Origin: Polymyxa betae A26-41
Taxonomy: Eukaryota > Protista > Endomyxa: Phytomyxea
Direction of reading: 5' to 3'
NCBI GenBank assembly: GCA_003693705.1
Contig: RBZT01000404.1
Location: forward strand, 1-64,000
Length of the DNA: 64,000 nt
Shown here: piece after piece, positions 50,408-60,999 of the stretch
How positions within the stretch are numbered: position 1 is the first letter of the stretch
Layout: each line of letters begins with the position of its first letter
Made by a program: the position numbers and the translations under genes
Notes under the pieces: model-generated
The model's input: the letters and a program-made list of their open reading frames with translations, nothing else
Told to the model about the DNA's origin: nothing
Database searches by the model: none

Positions 50408-51433
50408 ATTCAGCAGCGGCCGGAGCGGGCTCCGAATCAATCTGCTTTTCGGCCGGCACGCTAACCGGAGCAGATGGTTGATCCGACATGGCCTGACATA
50501 ATGTTAAGCCCCATATGAGAGAAACAACTATCAGGTACATTGTTAGAGGTCATATTTTCATCATTGCGACGAGGAGACCGCGAACGAGAGCGCGGAGAAC
50601 GAGACCTAGAACGAGAACTTCCACGCGAACCTAATATGATAGTTGTCAGAACTGACTGGAACTCTAAATCAAAAAGAGGTACCAGAGCGGCTGACAGCTC
50701 GGCGTGGGCTCGCGCTCCGAGATGATCGTCTCAAGTCTGATGCGCAATTACGCTCCAAGTGACCATCCTTACCGCATCGGTAGCATCGGTTGCTGGACGA
50801 AAAGTCAACTGAGTGAGCCATCGAAAACGAACAGGATAACAAATAAGAGACAAAGAAACAAGAGGTAATGATGCCATACAAATCGGAGTGGGAAACAACC
50901 ATCCGCCGCTCCAATTCTTCCAATAAGATCGCAAATGGAATTCGATAACGCATTACCTCCAGTCTCCAGCTGAGCAATCACGAGCCCTGAACTGAATCAG
51001 AACTCTTGCTGTCGCAATCAAATTTCAATTTACCAATGGCCTTCTTTTCCACAGTTATAGCATTTTCCACTGCCAGGTGCAGGTCGGCGATCCTCACGGT
51101 AGCCTTCGAAACTTACAAATTGAACTAAAAGGATTACTTTTTGGATTCACCTCGAGGATGGCGAGCACGTTCAACAACTAGACGAACGCCGTCTAAACGG
51201 TACCCATCGAGCTCATAAACAGCATCCTCTGCATCACGCGAGTCCTCAAATTCAACAAATCTAAGCGCGGAGGGGTTCAGTAAGCGAATGCGTCAAGCTT
51301 GGACGCACACCAACCCGTAATCATGCTTCAAATCGATGTCGATTACTCGGCCATACTTCGAGAACAGATACTCGATATCGCTGGTTCGGGAGCGGCGCGA
51401 GATATTGCCAACGTAAAGACGAGTTCGAGACAT
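50408..51433 (-). CDS. SR splicing factor with RRM, two CCHC zinc knuckles and RS domain (RS2Z-like)
   Basis: [13 protein letters not shown]...YG|[19 protein letters not shown]; [17 protein letters not shown]|[10 protein letters not shown]|[16 protein letters not shown]; [15 protein letters not shown]. The 3' end is approximate. Confidence 0.88.
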
Positions 51434-51929
51434 GACAGTAGAAATATAGTGGTGACGTCGGTGATAGAGAGTGAAGGTAAAGTCCGAAGCGGAATGTGGT
51501 CGAGATTAGAGCAATTGTTTTGCCAGGCCAATGGATTACACTTTCGGAGGCCAAGCCCTCCCCGCATTCCATACATAGATAAGTATCTAAAGTACTTTTA
51601 CACGATGTAACCTAGTAATTCTATACAGACGATAAAATCATACATGACTTGGGAACCCGAGTTTCATCTCTCGTTCCCATATTCATTCACTTTTTCTGAT
51701 TCTTCATGTACGGTGACATTATAAAGTACAAGTTTCGTCGCTGAAAGTTCTTCCTTTCAGAAATTCTCGAAGGTAGCCATTCTTCCGGTCTTAAGTTAAG
51801 GCTTCATTTGCAGTGATACAGCATTCATAGTAGTCAGTGGATGCTGCATTTAACAATTCTGATTGTAGACATGATTGGACCAGGAAACAGCTGCTATAAG
51901 TGTCTCTGAACGGAGTTGTTGAGGTCAGT

Positions 51930-52654
51930 ATGGTATCAGATCATCTAATAGCAGCTTTAAAGAAGCAAGTGCGGCGGCAAGTACTACAACGCTTGCAACG
52001 GATACCAGATACTGAGGTCAACGCGCAAAGCCAAATAATCACCCAAATTGTGGCAACAAGTGATGATTGGATCGGTGCACGAAGCATTGCTTTATTTTAT
52101 TCAATGCCACATGAAGTACAGGTCTGGATAATTATCCAGAGGTTAAATCGCTACCCAGGTCTCTGACAGTAATTACTATGTGTAGACGAAATATTTGCTG
52201 AAACTCGCTTTCGATGACGGCAAACGAGTTTACCTTCCCAGAGCGTATGGCCTCGATAAACTGACCATGTTGGAGGTGTTCAGTCCGGAAGAAATTGAGA
52301 GATTTCCTTTGAATGCATGGGGTATTCGTGAGCCTATAGGCGGTAATCGCCACGATCCGATGAAAACTGGCGATCTCGATATTGTGTATATACCAGGGCT
52401 TGCGTTTGATCATTATCACAATCGATTAGGTACCAAGTTGCATTCACAGCATATTCACCGCCCATTCATAACCTGCAATAGGCTATGGGAAAGGTTATTA
52501 TGACAAATGGCTCGACGAATGGCGCTCCTGCTCGCATCCGGTGCCAAAAATAATCGGCCTTTGCTTAAAAGAGCAGATGTTGGAAAAGGTCCCCATCGAT
52601 GAGCACGATATTGTGTGTGATCAATTGTGCTATAGTGATTTGAAAGCAGAATAA
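51930..52654 (+). CDS. MTHFS: 5-formyltetrahydrofolate cyclo-ligase
   Basis: LKKQVRRQV; SIALFYSMPHEV; GKRVYLPR; NAWGIREP; DIVYIPGLAFD...RLG|YGKGYYD; EQMLEKVPIDEHD. Two introns. Confidence 0.93.
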
Positions 52655-52699
52655 ATTGCAAATATGTGATTTGGTGATTGTACATATTGTCAAAAGAAA

Positions 52700-52771
52700 T
52701 ACCGCCGCCGGGACTCGAACCCGGACCTCCAGTTCCGAAGACTAACACGCTGACCATTGCGTCACCAAGCT
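52700..52771 (-). tRNA. tRNA-Arg(TCG)-like gene with mispaired acceptor stem (possible pseudogene)
   Basis: D-arm ACGC/GCGT with AATGG loop; anticodon arm TTAGT-CTTCGGA-ACTGG; T-arm CCGGG-TTCGAGT-CCCGG; downstream TTTCTTTT. The acceptor strands AGCTTGG/CGGCGGT pair at only 4 of 7 positions. Confidence 0.75.
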
Positions 52772-52829
52772 GACAGAATTCCCGCTTAAATCAATAATAA
52801 TGTATTGATATCAATATCGTAATTCATCA

Positions 52830-53739
52830 TTAGTCATCCTTATTCACAAAATCATTGAGAAGTTTGCAGACGATTTCCATATCAGTTGTGGAAAGATGAT
52901 GTCTGTGACTTGGCCTATCAACTTGTTTCGCGCTTTCAGGTAGCGTGGGCGATGTTGGGAACATCGAAACGCTTCTAGCTTTCAGGGATCTAACAGAAAC
53001 TGGAGGAGTCTGCCAAACTTGTTTCATGCATAAATCTGAAGATCTCTCTTTTGCTGTGTCCTGCATAATATCCAGAACATCGACTGATGTGGTCAACTGT
53101 ACGATAGCATTGGCATTTGAATTCTTGAGAAGATAAGAAGATTGAGAGACCGGCTGCTGCTCGCCAACCAGATCTACGATGACCTTACCGACGTTTTCAA
53201 TTTCCGATCCGGACTTCAACTGGGATGAGCGTTGGTGAGGCGTTTGCTTCAATGCCAGCTTACACGATGAACAGTGAGAACCAGATGGTCCGTTACCACT
53301 GAATTTGAGTCATGTGGTCTCAGCCAACAATCGGCAACGAATGGATGTCCAAAATTGACGGTCCCGTCTCTGACAACACAAGCTTGGGTCATCCCCGAGG
53401 AATCATCAGCTCGAAAACGTGAGAACACGCCACCAATGTTCAGTTTCCATCTAGCGCTTCACCATCAATTCATTTCTTTGTACCAATTCTATTGCTACTT
53501 AATGAATACCATCGACCCGTCATATGGAATCTTGCTGACACTGTCGATTACAGCACAGAGCCGGCAGTGAATTCGGTCTGGTTTGGACGTTGAACGAGCG
53601 CCTTCGAGCAGACTACGGAGCATAGCGCATTCGACCCAGCTGCCACAATCGGAAAATCTGAAGAGGCTTGCGAATGCTCTTCTTTACTGAATAGATATTT
53701 CGTTGATCGATCGAGAATCCGATTTTCAGCAAGCGTCAT
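52830..53739 (-). CDS. Hypothetical protein (probably spliced)
   Basis: 140-aa terminal ORF plus upstream coding-like segments joinable by GT-AG introns. No family recognised and the start is uncertain. Confidence 0.4.
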
Positions 53740-53817
53740 CCACGCTAAGAATTGTTTGAATAATCATTAATCAGAGGTTCACTTTTACAATGAATAGCAG
53801 AAAAGATAGACAGAGAA

Positions 53818-55548
53818 CTAAAGAGTCTTTGGAGAAACAGGTATGTGCTTGAGATCATCACTGTCGAGAGGATGGTAAACTGTTCGGGTTCCAATGTCGA
53901 TGATTTCATCAGTGCCTAACTGCAGCAATGTTAGGGCAAACATATCGTGCAGAAATTGTTAAATTATACACTGGACTGGTTCATAATTGAATTGGGCTCA
54001 TCCTCGTCTCTAAGATAAACATTTTCCTGCAGTTCAACAAAATCAGGAGCGAACGCACTCCAATTCTTATTAACATTTTTGCTCCACAAAACGATCTGTT
54101 CAGATTTAATGACTGCGAGCAGTAATGGTGTATTTGGATGCCATTGCAGCGACACGATTCCCAGACTAGTTCCATCGAGTAATGAGACTAGCGATCCATT
54201 AATAACATTCCAGATATAGATACTAAGAACACATTAGTGTTTGTTGGCAACTTGAAAAGCCTTCTGTCCAACCAACCACACCAAATCATAGTAACGAATG
54301 AAACAATACGATTGTTCAACCTGTGTGGAGAGTTCATGTGCAGTGCTCCTGCAGCAACATATTCACCATTATTCGACAAGCATGAGCAATAGAACTGAGT
54401 ACGGTTTACAACATCCACCACCTCTTTCTGTAGAGAGGTCAGGCAATAATCAATAACGGAAAACTGGCAACTACAAACCCGAACTTGAAGTGATGGAGCG
54501 TCGCAAACTCGTACTCCTAAAAACCTAAATCAGCTCTTTAAAACGTTGTTCGTGTTAGATGAAATTACGATCATTCGACGTGACCACCAATGTATCATTG
54601 ATTCCGATGGCTAGCTGTATTTGTGTTCCGTTTCCGGCAAAGGAGGCCGCTATAGACACATGGCGAAGTTATAAACGAAAATTCAAGCTGGCAACAGCTT
54701 ACATGCCAGCATTTCTAAAGAATGAGAATCATGTTTAGTGACACAAGCTAGCGACAACCCTAACGATTCAGGTTATCCGATGCAAATCTCAGCATAGCTG
54801 TCATTTGAAATACCGATAAGAAGTGCATCGCCATTTTCGCTGAAGCGAACACATTTCGGTACTGATTTTGATGAGGGCGCCGAAGCGTTGATAGTTGTTA
54901 AAGCAGCTTCCGTACCATTAAGTCGAGCTAAAACCGGAGGGCTTCCGTTAAAACAAATTGCACATCTGCTCCACGATCAGCAAATGTTATAAAGTTTCAA
55001 CAGCAACAGATGTTAAACCTACAACGACATATCAAATGGATGCTGGTCTGCATTAAGAACCGGGAACGGAAATGAAACTACATGATCTATAGTACCGGAT
55101 TTGACGTCCCACTGGACAATAACACCAATGCTTAGAGATCCAAGTAGCTTGCGACCATTATGTGTCCAGCTGACAGAATTAACTACACCTGCTGATATCA
55201 TGATTTAATATCAGCTAGAAAACAAACGAAAAAAACAACAGTCGAAACCGGACCAAAGAATACAATACAATTGACATTGGGTGATGGTAGCACACTTACT
55301 AGCAACGTCCTGTTCAAGTCTACGAGCGATCCCTCGTGTTTCGAAGTCCCAAATATTCACATTACCAGAGGATGTTCCTGCAGCCAGCAACGTTCCCCAT
55401 CGGTTGAAAGCGACACATGACGTCCCCTCAGTCCCGGCCATAACCCCATCGTAGAGTTCCGGGCAATCACCATCGAATGGGTTCCTATACAGGTAATGAG
55501 AGTCATTATGACAATACTACAGATAGAGCACAGGAGAGCCTTGTTCAT
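53818..55548 (-). CDS. RBBP5: COMPASS WD40 subunit RBBP5/SWD1
   Basis: MNKALL...CVAFNRWGTLLAAG...IWDFETRGIARRL; SVSWTHNGRKLL; DVVNRTQF; LQWHP; NWSAFAPDFVELQENV. Confidence 0.92.
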
Positions 55549-55700
55549 GTAGGATAGGGTCGCAGGGTTCTCGAGTCATGTAGAAATATGTAACGTAACT
55601 GATGACGTTTCAATGGGCGCGGACTGTTCTGCCCCGATTATCACTACATAATACACATACTGTAGCAGACTGAACAGAATATACAATGAGGTTTTAATCA

Positions 55701-58613
55701 TTATGACATTAGATGTCTGGTCGTGTATTGCATAGGAGCTTCCGCTTTCAGCAGCATTTCGGCGTGTTCGGATTCAGGGTCAGAAAGCGAGACGATCGCT
55801 CCGCCAGATCCTATTGATGTTGATGACGGCATACAGATCACAGTTCGAATAATAACACTAAAATCGGCGCTTCCATTAACAGAGAGAAATCCGAGGCATC
55901 CAGAATATATTCCTAATTACAATGGTTTAGACGGCCAATATGTCATTGCAAAAACAGCAACAAACTCAACAAAACGGAATATGAATCAAACAATTACCTC
56001 TTGGTGTTCCCTCGATTTCCTCTAATAACTGAACGGAACGCCTTTTAGGTGCGCCCGTCATGGACCCTGTAAAGTGTTAAAAAACAATATTTCGTTTCAT
56101 GAGATGTCGTGAAAGTAGACATCTACAATCAGACCTGGAGGAAACGCTGCTCGAATACAATCAACAGCTGTATGCCCTGCTGACAGCCGCCCGACAATCG
56201 TACTTGTGAGCTGAAAGACGTGCCTGAATCGTTGCAATTCGCAAAACCGATCGACGTGAACACTGCCTGGTATGCAGCATTGGGCCAGATCGTGTCGAGC
56301 TAAATCAGTGATCATGAGGTTTTCTGCTCGATCCTTTGAATGCAATTCAATGTCATATTATGCGATAACAGTTTTATGCCAACCTTGGAGCTGTTTTCCA
56401 GCTGGGACTGCAATGCATAATCTTCATCTTCAGAAGCTCCTCGTTTAATGGTCCCTTTGATCGGTTGAGAAATAACCTTTCAAATATTTCAAGCTAAATA
56501 TGGCGGAACAAAATGGGCGAACCTTTAAATCTCGATCAACCCTGACAAATCGCTCTGGTGAACAACTGCAAATAGCAATGTCGTCGAACTGCATGAAAGC
56601 AGAGAACGGTGCTGGGTTTGATTTTCGAAGATCAAGATATAGGCTTAACGGATCGCAAACACTATTCGCCTAAATGTTCAAACTAGTTAGAAGACAGATA
56701 ATAAGAAGAACTGCAGAGCAGTGAGATACACTAACCGAGACATGCTGTGTTGTTAGACAAAGTTCGTATGAATGTCCATCAGCAATGTAATCAAGACATC
56801 TCGAAACTTTTTGCTGATAAATTTCCTGTCGATCATTAATTGCCATCTCAATGACAATCGTTCATTTCACCTTGGGATCGCGACAGGTAAAAGCGGATAT
56901 CTTTTCGGCTTGCAATGACTTATCATCCTTTAATTGGATTGTACTTTCTCTTATCATTCTAAGCAGGATGCTCAAATGGTAAACATTGTGTAATGTCAAA
57001 ATGATGACTTACGATTCAAAGTCAGAAAACCAATTTTCAACGTTTAATTCTGATTGGACATCAGACAGATGGACAATGTATGCAATGTTATTTCGATGGT
57101 CTAAAGCGATAAATCTGTCTATGAATGCAAACGTTGATGCAGGATAATCTTGAGAACACCAGTTAGAGTTCGGATCACGTTCACCACATTCCTAGTTTCT
57201 TCCTTAGATCAGTTAATTAATAAGAAATGATATTTACCGATTTCATTTCATATGAAAGATAGCCAATATAGCCACCGACAAAATCAAACGGGAGTTCGGT
57301 ACTGGTTCTTTTCGCTTCTTCAGACAAGGTGAACGCTGAAAGTTTTGCCTATAGAACAAAATGAGCGGAAGACAATTCCAACTAGAAGAAGCCCTACACG
57401 TAAGACATCGAAAAACGATTCCGATTCGCTCAACATTGTGTGATAGGCGCCAGTGTCAGCGACATAACGCTGTTCGACATTGAAACTGAGACGATGATCG
57501 GTGCTGATGGATAGATACGAGAATTCTCCACCATCTGAACTATCTAGCCAGACACACTCTGAGCTGAACATATCAAACATCATTTACCATAATCTTCAAA
57601 CAAAGATTCAATCACCTTCGAGACGAAATGGATTTCAGCCTAATTCATAATATGACAATGGAAAGTGAAATCAGTAACGCAGTCTACCTAACTGCCAGAG
57701 ATTCAGCTGAGAACGTGGAAGAAAGTTTAACAGAACGATAATGAAGCTGGAGTCGCTTAACATCAATATGCTGTAAAGGCGAAATAACATTCTGATGACA
57801 GAATTCAGCGTCGTGAGAGCATTTCATGACAAGGAAACCTTCGGGACGGGTACGGCCGGTCCAGCAGTTTTCACATAGATAGACAGAAAGTTACGAATAA
57901 GGCAATCGCCATATTCAGTCAGATGGCTTTCTGGGTGGAATTGAATGCCGATTTGAGGCTGATTTGATGGTCCCAGAGCGTGTACTGCCATTACAACACC
58001 ATCTTCAGTCCATGCAAGCGTGTCGAAATTGGCAGTGCATCCAATGGCACACAGCGAATTATAACAAACGGCTATAAAAGGTGATGGGACATCTAGATAA
58101 TCATTAGAAGAGATACAGAATCGGAATTACGTCAGGACAGACCTTTGAATAAAGGGTGAGTTTCGTTGTGATAAACCGAACGAGGGAATCCATGCCTGGG
58201 ATTGGTAACTCGACCGATATCAGCGCCATGATGTGCAGCAATGCCCTGCATTCCAAGACAAATGCCTAAAACTGGAAGGGATACATGCTCCAGAACATGT
58301 TTATTCACACCAAAATCAGCAGCATTTAACGGATTCCCGGGACCTGATCACATCAGGTTTCAGATTCTTTTAAAAAACGGTGGCGCGAATAGCCTAAAAC
58401 CATACCTGGCGATAAAACGATAAAATCTGGATTGTAATCGTCGATTAGCAAGTCGAGGTCGGTCGGTGAGACCGTATTCGGGACCAGATAGGGTGCCACA
58501 TTGGTCACTTTATGAATCAAGTTACTGACATTGGCTGTGAATGAATCGAAATTGTCAATGATCAGCGCGCGTCGCCAACGACCGCTCTCGTCCATTTGAT
58601 CAGATCGGATCAT
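55701..58613 (-). CDS. pabAB: Bifunctional aminodeoxychorismate synthase (PabA-PabB fusion)
   Basis: GATase LIIDNFDSFT, VLSPG|PG, VLGICLGMQ and GIQFHPES; PabB WLDSS, GHSYELCLT, SSPERF, QPIKGT, KDRAENLMITDLARHDL, FPPG|SMTGAPK, DFSVIIRT and GSGGAI. Confidence 0.95.
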
Positions 58614-59545
58614 GAAATATATTACGCAATCAGCTGCTTTGGTAAAACACCAAACTTAATTTATCCAAAATATTCATGACATGATCGAGAATAAACATCC
58701 ATTTCAATACCACTGCCTTGCTGGTTTATCAGTTGAATTAGAAATGTGCAATTAGCATATCATGAAAGCGATCGACAGAATTAAGTATTAGTGCAAAAAT
58801 CTCTGACTGACCATTCTCGTATCAAAGGGAATTGTTTTTGTAATATGAAATCATGGCTACCAGAAAGGAATCACAAATCACGTGTAATCTAACTATCAGG
58901 CTAAGTGCATGGAAATAAACTTGTACAGTAATTGATTTGACATTTTCTTATCAATCTACACGAGATAATGATTGCACGAGGCCCCTAAGGCCACTGATAT
59001 CAACGACAGCCACCTGCTGCCAATGAGTCGAATTTACAGGGATCAGATGCTACCGGTTCTGGCACAATCAAGCGATATCCGATTTGTGATGAAGAAACGA
59101 CCTGATATTCGGGGGTCTAACCCAAGCACTCGACTCCTGAGGCTTCAAATGTTATAACAATAGAGATCATAAACTGCAGAGAGCCGGTCCTGAGAAAAAC
59201 GAGATTTGTACATTGTAATTATCCACAACACAGCATTGACAGTTCGACAATGCTGATAAGTTTGAAGTAAAACCGCTCCATTCATATCGTTCAGCAACTA
59301 TCCGAACCAAGCTAATGGACTCGTTATAGATACAGCACCAATTCGTTGTGATCATACAGAACGATGCCGTCTTGTGCAAGGTCATGTACTGTCATTCGGG
59401 CGGTCTGTTGGGACATTTTCAAAGGTAAAATGATTTCGCAAAAATTTTTCACAAATTGCGTTGTCGTTGGAACTGAGCCTGACGCCCTTCTGCGTCTGTG
59501 CCTCTAACCGGGCTCAAGGTCTCTGATTGATTACTGCACCGTACC

Positions 59546-59898
59546 ATGGGCAAGCGAAAGGCGAAAAAGCGTGCTGTCAGGAAAATTAGTGATAAGCTCG
59601 CGACGTCGTTTGATTGTCCGTTTTGCAATCATTCCATGACTGTCGAATGTAAAATGTAAAGCAGCATGTCAATTTGCTCTTGAAAATACTGAATTGTCGT
59701 ATAGGAGACCGCTTGAAGGCACAGCAGATATTGCATGCAGAATATGTGATGCCCATTATAGGATGCAGATCAATAGTAAGCTGCAAAAGGCACCGTGTTA
59801 ATTGCAATTGGTGATATTTTTCAGGCCTGACCGAACCGGTTGATGTCTATTGTGAATGGATCGACGAATGTGAAGCTGCGAATGCTCAAGAAGATTAA
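59546..59898 (+). CDS. ELF1: Transcription elongation factor Elf1/ELOF1
   Basis: MGKRKAKK...LATSFDCPFCNH...VECK|...ACRIC...|LTEPVDVYCEWIDECE. Two introns; the gene is missed by the ORF track. Confidence 0.95.
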
Positions 59899-60066
59899 TG
59901 AAGAGATTTTTCACAACTCTGCTCCAATTGCGTTCAAGGCATGCTTAACTTATTTGTAATCGTAGAGTCATCATAAAAAGAACCATGTCTTAAAACGCTT
60001 TTCCAATTGACCGAGTGATTCATCGTAGAAATCGTTTGTCCAGATGTTGCCTCCAGTTTATTGGCA

Positions 60067-60864
60067 TCATGCTGTACAGAATTTAATTCCGATTTCGTCT
60101 GACGACGAAGCTTCAAGGAGAGAAACTTTGCCTGATCGTTCCAGTATTCTGGCAGCTTCCACAATAATCATTGCATCAAGCCCATGAAATGCTACGTCAA
60201 ATAGTAAATATCGGCACATGATAAAAAATTGTTAGCATCAGGATTTGCATCCTTTTGAAAGAAGAAACCTCGGGTTACCTTGACCATGTGTAGCATCCCC
60301 TTCACGAAGCTCATAAACAGTACAGATTTCATTAACCAGGTTTGAATCTCGGGCCCAATTATGTATGAGTCCGGCAATATCAGAGATCGTAAGAGAACCA
60401 GAAACTACGACAGCATCGCGAGCGTTCTTATCTCGCCAGATACCATGTCCTCCAGATACAATCGCTTCAAGTACAGCAACGATGCCTTCGTATGACAGCC
60501 GACCTATGAGACTATTTTCATTTTGGAAAATCTTCGCGAAATAGCGATGAGAAAACTATTCAGAAAAACGGTACAAATTGAGAAGCTTACGATCAATAGT
60601 CTGATTATGAAATATATTGATGCCGTTACTGCCACCAGAAGGATTTTGCACAGGAATGCAGTTAAGACGATTCTGTTCGAGATACGCCAAGACGATATCG
60701 ACCCACATGGACACTATCATTCAATCAGCTTGAAGAAATCCACAATAAGGGAAAGTAAGACATTGTTTCTGACGGGTTGCAATCACCGGCTGCAATGTGA
60801 AGAATGGTGGCATTGACCACATGGCTAATACGGCTGCATCGACTTTATCCAGGGATAGAGCCAT
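60067..60864 (-). CDS. VPS25: ESCRT-II subunit Vps25
   Basis: MPPFFTLQPVIATRQKQ|LSMWVDIVLAY...IFHNQTID|RRLSYEGIVAVLEAIV...IHNW...CTVYELREG...FHGLD...GIKF. Missed by the ORF track. Confidence 0.9.
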
Positions 60865-60999
60865 AATTGATATTACGAATATGACTCCGGCTCAATTAAA
60901 CCGCAATTCTGAATTTGATCATACACAAATGATAATACGTGGTAGTACTGTAATCTAAACAGCAAACATCTTATAGGTTTATTTAAAGACAATACAATA

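Noticed and set aside
50793-50956. TPP riboswitch or snoRNA in the long SR intron
   Set aside because: No CUGAGA/TPP core and no clear C/D or H/ACA box arrangement was seen.
58640-59540. Possible gene or ncRNA between pabAB and ELF1
   Set aside because: Only short motif-less ORFs; consistent with a divergent promoter/UTR region.
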